This document shows, in pieces, positions 9,501 to 19,985 of a stretch of DNA of 64,000 nt. The DNA lies in NCBI GenBank assembly GCA_938010385.1, contig CALLVD010000014.1, positions 18,987 through 82,986 of the forward strand, in the 5' to 3' direction. The stretch comes from an uncultured Robiginitomaculum sp. (GTDB lineage: Bacteria; Pseudomonadota; Alphaproteobacteria; Caulobacterales; Maricaulaceae). The notes below the pieces were generated by a model. The model saw nothing but the letters and a program-made list of their open reading frames with translations. It was not told where the DNA came from and made no database searches. Each line of letters opens with the position of its first letter. The stretch's first letter is position 1. Position numbers and translations under genes: made by a program.

Positions 9501-10679
9501 ATGACCAAGATTATTGACCCCGTTGAATTTACCGCTGCGCTTATCCGCTGCCCGTCCGTGACGCCTGCCGATAAAGGCGCGTTGGACGTTTTACAAACCG
9601 CGCTGGAAGGCTTGGGCTTTACCTGCACGCGCTATCCGTTCGGTAAGGCCGGGGATGAGGGCGAGCGGGTGGATAATCTGTATGCGCGTCTGGGCAAGGA
9701 CGCGCCGAATTTTTGTTACGCCGGGCATACGGATGTTGTGCCGGTCGGCGACGCGCAGGCTTGGGACGTGGATCCGTTTTCGGGCGATATCAAAGACGGC
9801 ATGATTTGGGGGCGCGGCACCGCCGATATGAAAGGCGGCATTGCCGCTTTTGTCGCTGCTGTGTCAAAATATTTGGCAAGCGGGAAGCAGCCAAAGGGCT
9901 CTATTTCATTTCTGATTACCGGCGACGAAGAAGGCCCGGCGATTAATGGCACCGAAAAACTGCTTAAAGCCATTACGGACGCCGGCGAAGTCATTGATCA
10001 CTGCCTTGTCGGCGAGCCGACAAATCCGACCGCGCTGGGGCAACAGATTAAAAACGGGCGGCGCGGGTCGCTGAACGCCAAAATCACGGTGACGGGGCGC
10101 GAAGGTCATGTGGCCTATCCGCATTTGGCGAGCAATCCGGTGCCGGCATTGCTGAAGCTTTTAACCGCCGTGACCGCGCGCAAGCTTGACGATGGCAGTA
10201 GCGGGTTTCAGCCGTCCAATCTGGAAGTCACCTCCATCGATGTCGGTAATGCGCCGCACAATGTCATTCCCAAAACCGCGCGGGCGCAATTTAATATTCG
10301 CTTCAATACAGAGCATAAGGGCGATGATTTAAAAGCGTGGATTATGGACGAAGTCGCCAAAGTCGATGCTGATTTCGACGGCGAGATTGACGCCATGCTC
10401 CGCGTCACCGGCGAGGCGTTTTTAACGCAGCCTTCGGGTTTCACAGACGTGCTGCAAGCCGGGGTGAAAGCTGTTTTAGGCGAGCCTGCAAAGCTGTCCA
10501 CAGCGGGCGGGACGTCCGATGCGCGTTATATTACGCACTACGCTCCGGTGGCAGAGTTCGGCCTGATCGGCGCGACCATGCACAAAGTCAATGAACGGGT
10601 GGCTGTGTCCGATATTGAAAAACTGACTGAAATTTACGGCGAAATCCTGACCCGTTATTTTGAAGAATTCGGCGGGTGA
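9501..10679 (+). CDS. dapE: Succinyl-diaminopimelate desuccinylase
   Basis: GHTDVVP, GRGTADMKG, GDEEG, GRRGS, GHVAYP and GGTSDAR motifs. Confidence 0.97.
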   Translation: MTKIIDPVEFTAALIRCPSVTPADKGALDVLQTALEGLGFTCTRYPFGKAGDEGERVDNLYARLGKDAPNFCYAGHTDVVPVGDAQAWDVDPFSGDIKDGMIWGRGTADMKGGIAAFVAAVSKYLASGKQPKGSISFLITGDEEGPAINGTEKLLKAITDAGEVIDHCLVGEPTNPTALGQQIKNGRRGSLNAKITVTGREGHVAYPHLASNPVPALLKLLTAVTARKLDDGSSGFQPSNLEVTSIDVGNAPHNVIPKTARAQFNIRFNTEHKGDDLKAWIMDEVAKVDADFDGEIDAMLRVTGEAFLTQPSGFTDVLQAGVKAVLGEPAKLSTAGGTSDARYITHYAPVAEFGLIGATMHKVNERVAVSDIEKLTEIYGEILTRYFEEFGG

Positions 10680-11224
10680 TTTCCCTCGGCAATATTTTCT
10701 CAGGCGTTAAGGCCGCGCTCTTCGGCGGTGATCCCGGCGCGCATATGGATATGTCGCGTGCGGCATTTCCGAAATCCTTCTACGCGCTGATCGCCGCCGG
10801 ATTTTTAATATTAGCGGCTGTCCTGCTCGGCTCCGGAGCGGCAGCCAATGTGTCGCCCGCGCTGACTGTTATCGCGATTACGCTTTATTTTCTGACCGCG
10901 CCGACTGTGATTTACACAATCTGCCACTTGCTCAGTAAGCCGGAGCTGTTTCGGCCGTGGATTATCGTGCGCAATTGGCTGACGCTTTTTGTCAGCATAG
11001 CGATATTTGTCTTGGCGGGGCTGAGCGCGCTTTCGCCGGCGCCGGCCGGGATTGCCGGGAGCGGTATATTGCTATTGTGGATTGCCACGCTGCTCGCCGA
11101 TATTCGGTTGGCGCAAACACTGGTTAAGCAGGACTGGACGCCGGCCATCTTTATCGCCTGCGGGATTTCCGTGGCCGGAATGCTGGTACTGCTGGCCGTG
11201 TTTGCCAGCGCGTCAGGCTATTAG
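10676..11224 (+). CDS. Hypothetical integral membrane protein
   Basis: About 5 hydrophobic segments; GTGA overlap with dapE. Confidence 0.75.
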   Translation: MISLGNIFSGVKAALFGGDPGAHMDMSRAAFPKSFYALIAAGFLILAAVLLGSGAAANVSPALTVIAITLYFLTAPTVIYTICHLLSKPELFRPWIIVRNWLTLFVSIAIFVLAGLSALSPAPAGIAGSGILLLWIATLLADIRLAQTLVKQDWTPAIFIACGISVAGMLVLLAVFASASGY

Positions 11225-11811
11225 AGCGGTATCCATTTACGATCACGGCTATAGCTCGAATAACCGATACTGGCGCCCAGGCGCACGCCAACTCCGGAGC
11301 GCACAGGCGCCAAGGTAATGCCGTTGGAGCGCTGATAGTTCACCGCCATGCCCGCGACTAAATAGGCATTGCCTTCGGCTTTCGGAAAGCGCTGATAAAC
11401 ATAATTGGGATCGTCCAGGCCATAGACCAGAGTGAAGACTTTCGACGCATCCAAGCCGGTATCAAGGCCAAATGTCGGGCCGGTCCAGTGAATGGGCTGA
11501 CTGCGGCCGTCCTTCATCCAGATTGTGCCCTTGCCCCAAAATGTACCGATGCCGATTGCGCCGCCGCCTTCTTCACCGGTGATGTAAGCGGTGGGACGCC
11601 CCTGATCCGCGAAAATTTTCTCAAGGGTAGAGGCCGCGCTCTCGGACGTGACGCCAAGATGCTCGGAAATGGCCTGCACCATATCGCTTTGCTCAAATTC
11701 AGCTTTGGCGTTTTGCGCCTTTTGCGCAGGGGTGGGCGTATTGGCCGGACCCTTGGTGGCGCAGGCGCTTAGGGCAGCAATAAGGGTTATGGCGGTAATT
11801 GTGCGTAACAT
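11221..11811 (-). CDS. eipA: EipA (DUF1134) family envelope lipoprotein
   Basis: Lipobox LSAC; GRPTAYITGEEGGGA, HWTGPTFG and PVRSGVGVRLG motifs; AGGAG RBS before ATG 11811. Confidence 0.82.
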   Translation of the reverse strand: MLRTITAITLIAALSACATKGPANTPTPAQKAQNAKAEFEQSDMVQAISEHLGVTSESAASTLEKIFADQGRPTAYITGEEGGGAIGIGTFWGKGTIWMKDGRSQPIHWTGPTFGLDTGLDASKVFTLVYGLDDPNYVYQRFPKAEGNAYLVAGMAVNYQRSNGITLAPVRSGVGVRLGASIGYSSYSRDRKWIPL

Positions 11812-11861
11812 AGGGCACTCCTTTTGCGCCCTTAACTGCCGCATTATAGTTAATGAATGAC

Positions 11862-11899
11862 AAAAAAAGGGCTGCGTTACGGTTATGTAACGCAGCCCT
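11862..11899 (-). terminator. Intrinsic terminator of the TonB receptor gene
   Basis: AGGGCTGCGTTAC/GTAACGCAGCCCT stem followed by a T7 run on the minus strand. Confidence 0.85.
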
Positions 11900-11928
11900 C
11901 ATGTTGAAAATTTACCGGTAATCCGGAC

Positions 11929-14070
11929 CTAGAATGTCCCTGATACAGTGAAGCGGGCATTGAGCGGCGCGCCGACTGTTGCCTGATGGGTGCTGTGAGA
12001 TGACGGGAAGTAAAGTTCATCCGTCAGGTTTTCAATATTCACCTGAACGCGGACATCGTCGCGAATGTCGTAATAGGCGGCGGCGTCAACACGGGTAAAG
12101 GCGGGCAGGGTCGGGTGCGTCACCGCATTGCTGCCCGCCTGACCGTTGACGCCCGCAATATCGAAATCGGTAATGAACGCTTCATCCTGATAGCTTGCGC
12201 CAAGGCCGAGGCCGAATTTTTCCGTGACTTGGTAATTGCCCCAGACCGAAAACGTTTGCTCCGGCAGCTCGCGGGGAATTTCCGCGCCATTATCGGTTTT
12301 GCCGCTTAAATCAGACCAGCCTGCGCGAACGTAAAGGTCTTCGGTGATTTGGCCTTCAACTTGCAGCTCATACCCTTCGACTTCGAGGCCGCGCCGTTCC
12401 AAATCTTCGGGCGCGCCGTCAACGGCCGCGTCAATGGTTTGCTCGTTTTGGAAGTAAGCGGCGGTCAGGCTCAGGCCGGACAGAAAATCCCATTTTATGC
12501 CGATTTCCCGGCTCTCAAACTCATCCGGCTCTAAGGCCTGTGTCGTGTTGCTGACGGATGCAAACTGACCGCCGGAGCGGGGCAGGAAGCTTTCGCTGTA
12601 GCTGCCGTACAGCGAGATATTTTCCGCCGGTTTGTAAACCAGTCCCAAACGCGGAGAGACTTTTTCGTCTTTGCGTCCGCGCGTTTCGCCGGCGACGCGG
12701 TCGTCCACTTCAAAATCAAAACTGTCAAAGCGCGCGCCGAGGATAATGTCAAAATTATCAGACAGGGCAATCTCGTCCTGAATATAAGCAGAGAAGACTT
12801 GCAAATCGGCTTCGGTGTCATCGTTCACATCTGTGAAAGTCAGGCGTGTCGGGTCGCCGGCTGCCGTCGTTCCGGTGCCGCCTCTCAATGATAAGGGGCG
12901 CGAAATTGTAAAGTCTTCACGGTCACCGCCTGAGGTGCTGAAGACGGGATTGAAGCGATCATTGTTGTTAATCGTGTCGGCATATTCAATCCCGGTGACG
13001 AGGGTGTGAACAATATTTCCGGTGGAAAATTCACCGATAAGATTGCCGGACACGTTAAACCGCTTGCGCTCTGTCGTATCGACATATCCGTCCAAACGCA
13101 CAGTATTGATATCGACTAAATCTTGGGCGTAGAAGTTCTGATACAGCTTATCAAAGTCGCTGTAAGATACATTAAAGACGCCTTTAAACGTGTCAGAGAA
13201 GTTTTGCGTCAGCATGGCGCGCAGAATATGAGCCTCAACGCCGGACGTATTCAGCTGCGGATCGCCGAAAACGATATCTTTGAAAGCGGCAATCGGCTCG
13301 CCGTCTCCGTCGGCTAAATCATTGACGGGAATCCCGCGATCAATGAAACGCTCATTATTGATGTACTCATAAGACAGATCGACCAATGTGGTCGGCGAAA
13401 ACTGAATGCGGGCCGTCGGGTTTATCGCGAAACGCTCCCCGTCATAAAAGTCGCGGTGATTGTCCAAGCTTTCAACCATCGCATTGACGCGAATGGCCAA
13501 CGCCTCGTCGACGTCAAAATTGCTGTCGAGTTCAATACCGTAGGCGCCGAATGTATCGGCAGAGGCTTTGTAGCCGGTAAATGTGTCGCCAAGGGCCGCT
13601 TTTTTAGAAACCCGATTGATCAGGCCGCCTGTACCGCCGCGCCCGAACAAAAGGGCATTGGCCCCGCGCAGAACTTCAACCTGCTCAAGATTGTAAAGCC
13701 CGCGATAATATTGAACGTCATCGCGTACGCCGTCCAAGAAGAAATCCGCCGTTGAGCGAACGCCGCGAAAGACAACAGCATCGCGGTGACCTTCGCCTTG
13801 CGTATTCGTCACGCCCGGAAGGTAATTAATAATGTCGCCGACGCTGTCAAAACCCTGATTGGTAATCTGCTCAGCCGTCATGATTGACAGGGATTGCGGC
13901 ACGTCGATGATGGGTGTCGGGCTTTTCAGCGCGTTGATTTTGTCGGTCGACAAATACTGTGCGCGGACAATGATTTCTTCAATATCGCTGTCATTACCGG
14001 TTTGGGCAAAGGCAGGAGCCGTCATACAAAGGATGATAGCAGTCGCGCAAAGGCGGGCGGTCAGTTTCAT
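11929..14070 (-). CDS. TonB-dependent siderophore-type outer membrane receptor
   Basis: Signal peptide, TonB box EEIIV, plug VEVLRGANALLFG, NIENLTDELY, C-terminal Phe. Confidence 0.95.
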   Translation of the reverse strand: MKLTARLCATAIILCMTAPAFAQTGNDSDIEEIIVRAQYLSTDKINALKSPTPIIDVPQSLSIMTAEQITNQGFDSVGDIINYLPGVTNTQGEGHRDAVVFRGVRSTADFFLDGVRDDVQYYRGLYNLEQVEVLRGANALLFGRGGTGGLINRVSKKAALGDTFTGYKASADTFGAYGIELDSNFDVDEALAIRVNAMVESLDNHRDFYDGERFAINPTARIQFSPTTLVDLSYEYINNERFIDRGIPVNDLADGDGEPIAAFKDIVFGDPQLNTSGVEAHILRAMLTQNFSDTFKGVFNVSYSDFDKLYQNFYAQDLVDINTVRLDGYVDTTERKRFNVSGNLIGEFSTGNIVHTLVTGIEYADTINNNDRFNPVFSTSGGDREDFTISRPLSLRGGTGTTAAGDPTRLTFTDVNDDTEADLQVFSAYIQDEIALSDNFDIILGARFDSFDFEVDDRVAGETRGRKDEKVSPRLGLVYKPAENISLYGSYSESFLPRSGGQFASVSNTTQALEPDEFESREIGIKWDFLSGLSLTAAYFQNEQTIDAAVDGAPEDLERRGLEVEGYELQVEGQITEDLYVRAGWSDLSGKTDNGAEIPRELPEQTFSVWGNYQVTEKFGLGLGASYQDEAFITDFDIAGVNGQAGSNAVTHPTLPAFTRVDAAAYYDIRDDVRVQVNIENLTDELYFPSSHSTHQATVGAPLNARFTVSGTF

Positions 14071-14127
14071 ATTGAAGGCTTTCTAAAGGTTGGTCTGAAC
14101 AAAAAAGCAGAGTGCAAAAACTGACTT

Positions 14128-14185
14128 AGTTGAGAATGATTATTAACTGCATTCGTATCTACACAGTTGCGAATGATTTGCAAGT
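14128..14185. promoter_or_regulatory. Two Fur-like boxes upstream of the TonB receptor
   Basis: AGTTGAGAATGATTATTAACT (14128-14148) and AGTTGCGAATGATTTGCAAGT (14165-14185); each is a 10-1-10 dyad with 8/10 symmetry. Confidence 0.75.
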
Positions 14186-14308
14186 GCGAAGTTTCGGCAT
14201 TGGTGATTTTGTCGCGGCGAGGGGGAGGTCGGCGGCGGTTTTGCCCAAAGTAACGGTATTTTCATCCTAATTTGGCATCACCGCCTGTAAGTATCGGGAG
14301 CATAAGCG

Positions 14309-16579
14309 GTGGGTCAGTCCAATTCAGTCAATCATCACACTGTTCCGGCCGGCCTGACCTCCGGGGTCATTGCCCGTCTCGGCGCGGCGCCATATATGGT
14401 GACGGTTTTTCTATCGGCCGCCCTGGTATTTCTTGTGCAGCCTATGTTTGCCAAAATGACCACGCCGCTGCTTGGCGGATCGCCAAATGTTTGGAATGTG
14501 TCATTAGTCTGTTTTCAGGCGGCTTTGCTGCTCGGCTATGCTTATGCCCATGCCCTGACGCATTTTGTGAAATCCGTGAAGGGCCAAGTCCTCGTTCATG
14601 CGGCCGTCTTATTAATTGCCGGTCTGGTTCTTCCGTTTCAGCTGACGCAAACTCTCGGCGCGCCGACTCCGGCGCAGCCCTCAGGCTGGCTGATGGGCGT
14701 ATTTGCCCTGTCGATTGCGCCGCCCTTTGCCGCCATATCGGCAACCGCGCCGCTCATCCAGAGTTGGTATTCCCATTCAGGGCGAAGTGATGCAGCTGAT
14801 CCTTATCATCTGTATGGCGCGAGTAATATTGGCTCGCTTTTGGGACTGGCGGCCTATCCGCTGCTGCTTGAACCGCTGACGTCACTGGCTATGCAAACCC
14901 AAACATGGACCCTGGGCTATGGCCTTTTAGCTGTCTTGTTGATTGCCTCCGGTATTCTCGCCTCTAAGGGGCCGGGGCGTCATGACAATAGTGCGGCGCC
15001 GGGAGAGGCCGGCGCGGCTGTAAAGTCAGTTTGGATGCAGCGTTTGGGCTGGATTATCGCAGCCTTTATCCCGTCCAGCTTACTGGTGGGCGTCACAACG
15101 CATATCGCTACAGATGTCGCCAGCGCGCCGTTTTTATGGGCCCCGCCGCTCATGCTGTATATCGGAACGTTCATCATCGTCTTTGCCAAAAACCCGCCGA
15201 TAAGCCTTGAAGCAAGCCTGCGTTATTTACCGCTGACCGTCGCGGCGGCGTTCATGGCGCTGCCCGCAATTTCGGGCATGCCGTTGTTTTTATCGTTTGC
15301 CCTGCATTTGGCCGCGCTGTTTTTCGCGGCTTTGGTCGGGCACGGCATTTTGGCGGCGCAGCGCCCCAATGCGAGCCGCCTGACAGAATTTTACTTGCTG
15401 ATGTCACTGGGCGGCGTTTTAGGCGGGGCGTTTAATGCTCTGCTGGTGCCGCTGATTTTTAACGGCGTGACGGAATATCCGCTCATGCTGATTGCGATTT
15501 TAATGCTGCGGCCGGCGGGCGCGCCGGGCCGCGAAGGGCGTTTACGCCTCTGGGCTTTGGCCGCTATTGCCGCCGTCGCAACGGCCGCTGCCCTGCGCCT
15601 GTTTGATACTGATAACAGCCAAGCGCGCCTGTATGCGGCTATGTTATCTGTGGCTGTCTTGGCCATTGTGATGGGACGTCGCTCGCGCATGATACCGGTC
15701 ATTGCTGCCGTCTGCGCGTGGGCAATCGGCGTTATCGCCAGCCCCATGATCGGCGGCGTTGCCGAGCGCAGCTTTTTTGGCATTGTCAAAATCATAGAGC
15801 GCGGAGAACACCGCATTATGATGCACGGCTCGACCGTTCACGGCACGCAATATATCACCGGCGACGAGCTGCTGCGTCCGACCACATATTACGCGCCCGA
15901 AGCCCCGATTGGTCAGGTGTTTAAAGCCCATGCCCACCCCGGCCGGGTCGGCGTTGTCGGACTGGGCACCGGATCTGTGGCCTGTTACGCGCGGCCCGGC
16001 CAGACTTATCGCTATTATGAAATCGATCCTGTTGTCGCAAAATACGCCGCAGACCCGGATTACTTCACTTATTTGTCTTCCTGCACGCCGGACGCGCCCC
16101 TCATTCTCGGTGATGGCCGCCTGACTTTAGCGTCTGAACCGGCCGGCGGGTTCGAGCTTTTGCTGATCGATGCATTCAGCTCCGATTCTGTGCCGGCGCA
16201 TTTACTGACGAAAGAAGCGGTCACGCTCTATCTGTCCCGCCTGTCCGATCAGGGCCTGCTGGTCATGCATGTCTCTAACAAGCATATGAAATTAGAGAGC
16301 GTAGTCGCGCGTATCGCAGACACAATCGGCGCAAAGGCGGTCTATCAATATTATGGCGGCTCAAAAGCCAAAGATGAAGACGGGGATAAAACGGGACGCC
16401 AAAACGACAGCCGCCGGTCCCAAGCCAGTCAAGTTGTCGTCCTCGCAAAATCAGATGCGGCGCTCTCTGCCTTTATGGCAGATAATCGCTGGAGCGTAAT
16501 TAAAGGCGACGGAAAACGCGCGTGGAGCGATGATTACTCCAATGTCATCGGCGCGATTTTGGAAAAGAAAGTTAAGTAA
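14309..16579 (+). CDS. Fused membrane domain / spermidine synthase-like SAM-binding protein
   Basis: Multi-TM N-terminus (LVQPMFAK, YGASNIGS); C-terminal GLGTGS, YEIDP, GDGR and DAFSSD; start uncertain. Confidence 0.9.
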   Translation: MGQSNSVNHHTVPAGLTSGVIARLGAAPYMVTVFLSAALVFLVQPMFAKMTTPLLGGSPNVWNVSLVCFQAALLLGYAYAHALTHFVKSVKGQVLVHAAVLLIAGLVLPFQLTQTLGAPTPAQPSGWLMGVFALSIAPPFAAISATAPLIQSWYSHSGRSDAADPYHLYGASNIGSLLGLAAYPLLLEPLTSLAMQTQTWTLGYGLLAVLLIASGILASKGPGRHDNSAAPGEAGAAVKSVWMQRLGWIIAAFIPSSLLVGVTTHIATDVASAPFLWAPPLMLYIGTFIIVFAKNPPISLEASLRYLPLTVAAAFMALPAISGMPLFLSFALHLAALFFAALVGHGILAAQRPNASRLTEFYLLMSLGGVLGGAFNALLVPLIFNGVTEYPLMLIAILMLRPAGAPGREGRLRLWALAAIAAVATAAALRLFDTDNSQARLYAAMLSVAVLAIVMGRRSRMIPVIAAVCAWAIGVIASPMIGGVAERSFFGIVKIIERGEHRIMMHGSTVHGTQYITGDELLRPTTYYAPEAPIGQVFKAHAHPGRVGVVGLGTGSVACYARPGQTYRYYEIDPVVAKYAADPDYFTYLSSCTPDAPLILGDGRLTLASEPAGGFELLLIDAFSSDSVPAHLLTKEAVTLYLSRLSDQGLLVMHVSNKHMKLESVVARIADTIGAKAVYQYYGGSKAKDEDGDKTGRQNDSRRSQASQVVVLAKSDAALSAFMADNRWSVIKGDGKRAWSDDYSNVIGAILEKKVK

Positions 16580-16589
16580 GCCGGAAGGT

Positions 16590-17366
16590 CTAGCGGCATT
16601 CGCGGGCGGCTGCGCTCAAGACATCAGCGGCGCGGGCAGCGGCGATTTCATCTTCAACCGGCTTTTTAATCGTGGTTGACTTCCATCCGAGCGCCCATGA
16701 TTTCGCCTCATTATCCCAGCTGATTTTCATGGCGATGTCCTCATCGCCGGCCGTCAGGATAAAGCGCATCAGACGGTCATCCAAGCTGCCGAGTGCTTTG
16801 GCTGTGGCGTGGGCTTCGTTATCGGCGGCCATGGTCACGGGCAGGGCGGCATTGCCGGACTTAATCTCAAAATTGCAAACGCGGCCTTCATTGCCGCCAA
16901 AGTTCTTGGCGCGGTAAATGCGGTCTTTGACGCCGGCAGGCTCGCTCGGATCCATGCCGTCCAAGGCTTGATAGGCCGTCTCGGCCAGCGCGTTAAAGCG
17001 GGCCGTATCGGCGACGGGAATGTCCAACCGGTTTAATACCCCTGCGCCGCCGTCCTTAATTGCGCCCGCGCCGTCAGCGATTTTTCCCGCGCCCGCTTTC
17101 ACCCCGTCAGTCATCACGCCGGCCGCATTGGCCGCCGCTTTTGCCGGTGCCGATATGATTTTGTAAAGGCCGTAGCCAACGCCCGCAAAGGTCAGGGCGA
17201 CAATAGCAATGGCGGTCCATTTGATGGCGCTGATCGCATTGCTTGCGCTGTCTGCGGCGGCAGCCGTGCGCTCGGCCATCTCGGCAGCCCTTTTGCCGCG
17301 ATCCATCAAAGTCGGCTTAACGCTCTCGCCGGGGGTGGGGACGTGATCTTCAGGGAGTTCGCTCAT
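16590..17366 (-). CDS. Hypothetical single-pass membrane protein
   Basis: 258-aa ORF with one TM and an Ala/Gly-rich linker; TAATG overlap with ispG. Confidence 0.75.
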   Translation of the reverse strand: MSELPEDHVPTPGESVKPTLMDRGKRAAEMAERTAAAADSASNAISAIKWTAIAIVALTFAGVGYGLYKIISAPAKAAANAAGVMTDGVKAGAGKIADGAGAIKDGGAGVLNRLDIPVADTARFNALAETAYQALDGMDPSEPAGVKDRIYRAKNFGGNEGRVCNFEIKSGNAALPVTMAADNEAHATAKALGSLDDRLMRFILTAGDEDIAMKISWDNEAKSWALGWKSTTIKKPVEDEIAAARAADVLSAAARECR

Positions 17367-18502
17367 TACTGCGCTGCCTCAAGCGCCTTGCGCTCAGCTT
17401 TTAAGGTTTCTGCCTTGGCCTCAATCGCCTCAACAATTTCATCGACCATATCTTTATTGTCCGTCTTGCCGGTTTTCTTGCCGGCCGCATACATCATGCC
17501 ATAGCCGGCCGAGCCGCCGGTAAAGCCGAGATCGGTGAACATGGCTTCGCCCGGCCCGTTCACAACGCAGCCGATAATCGACAGGCTGATCGGCTCTGAA
17601 ATATGGGCGAGACGCTCTTCTAAGGTTTGGACGGTTTTAATCACGTCAAAGCCTTGGCGGGCGCAGCTGGGGCAGGAAATAATATTGACCCCGCGCGTGC
17701 GCAGGCCAAGGGATTTGAGCATATCAAAGCCCACTTTAATCTCTTCTACCGGGTCGGCTGACAGGGATACGCGGATTGTATCGCCAATGCCCGCCCAGAG
17801 CAGATTGCCCATACCGATGGAGGATTTGACCGTGCCGATGCGCGCGCCGCCGGCCTCTGTAATGCCCAAATGCAGCGGTGCATCCGTCGCTTCGGCCAGT
17901 TGGTGATAGGCCGCGACGGTTAAAAACGGATCAGACGCTTTGACGGAAATCTTATAGTCTTGGAAGTTTTCATCCTCCAGCATGCGCGCATGCATCAGCG
18001 CGCTCTCGACCATAGCGTCCGGGCAAGGCTCGCCGTATTTTTCGAGCAGTTCTTTTTCCAAAGAGCCGCCATTCACGCCGATGCGAATAGAGCAGCCGTG
18101 ATCACGGGCCGCAGCGACGACTTCTTTCACGCGGTGCTGTCCGCCAATATTGCCGGGATTAATACGCAGGCAGGCCGCGCCATATTCTGCCGCTTCTATG
18201 CCGCGCTTATAATGAAAATGAATATCGGCCACGAGCGGAACAGAAATTTCTTTGGTTATCTCTCTGAGCGCTTTGCTGCTCTCAGGATCCGGGCAGGATA
18301 CGCGGACAATATCCGCGCCGGCCTCTTCAAGCTCGCGGATTTGCGCTACGGTGGCGGCCACGTCATGGGTGATCGTATTAGTCATAGACTGGACCGCAAT
18401 CGGCGCGTCGCCGCCGACAGGGACTTTGCCCACCATAATTTGCCGGCATTTGCGCCGCTCGATTGTGCGCCAGGGGCGAATAGAATTTATATCAGAAGCC
18501 AT
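17366..18502 (-). CDS. ispG: (E)-4-hydroxy-3-methylbut-2-enyl-diphosphate synthase
   Basis: [26 protein letters not shown] and GCVVNGPGE motifs. Confidence 0.98.
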   Translation of the reverse strand: MASDINSIRPWRTIERRKCRQIMVGKVPVGGDAPIAVQSMTNTITHDVAATVAQIRELEEAGADIVRVSCPDPESSKALREITKEISVPLVADIHFHYKRGIEAAEYGAACLRINPGNIGGQHRVKEVVAAARDHGCSIRIGVNGGSLEKELLEKYGEPCPDAMVESALMHARMLEDENFQDYKISVKASDPFLTVAAYHQLAEATDAPLHLGITEAGGARIGTVKSSIGMGNLLWAGIGDTIRVSLSADPVEEIKVGFDMLKSLGLRTRGVNIISCPSCARQGFDVIKTVQTLEERLAHISEPISLSIIGCVVNGPGEAMFTDLGFTGGSAGYGMMYAAGKKTGKTDNKDMVDEIVEAIEAKAETLKAERKALEAAQ

Positions 18503-18600
18503 GGGTGCATCCTAAACAGATTTAACGGCGATAAAAAGACAATACCTTTGACATATAGGCGCGCCCGTCTATTTTGCCGCGACTTATTGAAGGAGCTGAC

Positions 18601-19428
18601 ATGTCACACGAATTAGAGTCCATTATTAACGCCGCATGGGAAGACCGCGCAGCCCTGTCTGCGCAGACCAAAGGCGAGACGCGCGACGCTATTCGCGAAT
18701 CGATTATGGCCCTCGACAGCGGCGCTATGCGCGTGGCGAGCCGCGCCGATGACGGCACTTGGACCGTGCATCAATGGCTTAAAAAAGCTGTCCTGCTCGG
18801 TTTTCGCATTCGGGACAATCAGATTATCTCCGGCGGCCCGAACCGCTCTGAATGGTGGGACAAAGTGCCGACTAAATTTGAAGGATGGGGCAGTGACGAA
18901 TTTGCGGCGGCCGGCTTTCGCGCCGTGCCCAACTGCACGGTGCGCCGCGGCGCCTTCATCGCGTCCAATGTTGTGCTGATGCCGTCTTATGTGAATATCG
19001 GCGCCTATGTGGACAGCGGCTCTATGGTCGACACTTGGGCGACGGTCGGATCGTGCGCGCAAATCGGCAAAGACGTGCATTTGTCCGGCGGCGTTGGCAT
19101 TGGCGGGGTTTTAGAACCGCTGCAAGCCAATCCGACGATTATCGAAGATAACTGCTTTATCGGCGCGCGCTCCGAAGTCGTTGAAGGCGTGATTGTCCGC
19201 GAAGGCAGCGTTCTGTCTATGGGCGTCTTCATCAGCCAATCGACCAAAATTTATAACCGCGCCACGGGCGAAATTACATTTGGCGAAGTGCCGCCATATT
19301 CCGTCGTCGTTCCCGGCGTGCTTCCGGCTAAAGACGGCAGCCACAGCCTGTCTTGCGCCGTTATTGTGAAAACCGTCGACGCGCAGACCCGCTCTAAAAC
19401 CGGCGTGAATGAGCTGCTGCGCGACTAA
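18601..19428 (+). CDS. dapD: Tetrahydrodipicolinate N-succinyltransferase
   Basis: [22 protein letters not shown] and GGVLEPLQA; AAGGAG RBS before 18601. Confidence 0.98.
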   Translation: MSHELESIINAAWEDRAALSAQTKGETRDAIRESIMALDSGAMRVASRADDGTWTVHQWLKKAVLLGFRIRDNQIISGGPNRSEWWDKVPTKFEGWGSDEFAAAGFRAVPNCTVRRGAFIASNVVLMPSYVNIGAYVDSGSMVDTWATVGSCAQIGKDVHLSGGVGIGGVLEPLQANPTIIEDNCFIGARSEVVEGVIVREGSVLSMGVFISQSTKIYNRATGEITFGEVPPYSVVVPGVLPAKDGSHSLSCAVIVKTVDAQTRSKTGVNELLRD

Positions 19429-19498
19429 GCGGAAAAAGACTTGCAACGCCTTGACGACTCCGGGCGTTGCATAATCAGATAAAAACAGGAGTCGCCCT

Positions 19499-19897
19499 AT
19501 GTCAGGTATGAATTTTCCCGATAATACACTTATCTTTATGACCGCAGGCGAGGAGGCTAAGCTCTTCTCGGCGGCCGGCAGCAAGATTACATCCATTGAT
19601 CATTGGATGCCGCAAAACCCGGACGATGAAGGCGTTTCAGGGAATTCTTGGCCGCAGCCATCTGATACTGAATCCGGAGACGCGACGTTTTCTCAACAGG
19701 TCGCAGAGCGGCTCTGCGGCCGGGCGCACAAAGGCAAATTTAAAAATCTTGTTTTGATCGCCGACCCGGACTCGCTGGGCGAAATTCGCCCGCTTTTGCA
19801 TCAGGATGTCGAAGAGAAAATTATTCTCGAACTTTACAAAACTCTGATTAATTCGCCGATGAAAGATATTGAACAGACCCTGTCCAGACATTTCTAG
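19499..19897 (+). CDS. Host attachment (baeRF12-like) family protein
   Basis: FSQQVAERL, LVLIADPDSLGEIR and KTLINSPMKDIE fit the family pattern. Confidence 0.75.
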   Translation: MSGMNFPDNTLIFMTAGEEAKLFSAAGSKITSIDHWMPQNPDDEGVSGNSWPQPSDTESGDATFSQQVAERLCGRAHKGKFKNLVLIADPDSLGEIRPLLHQDVEEKIILELYKTLINSPMKDIEQTLSRHF

Positions 19898-19985
19898 GCA
19901 CGCGATACGCGCCTTTGAAAATCGAAGGTCCCTATAGCCAAACACAAACGGCGTCCATAAACTGGCCTTTCAAAAGGAAGTTCAT

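Noticed and set aside
11832-11853. CtrA box before eipA, expected from other Alphaproteobacteria
   Set aside because: The two TTAA are 14 nt apart; no consensus site was seen.
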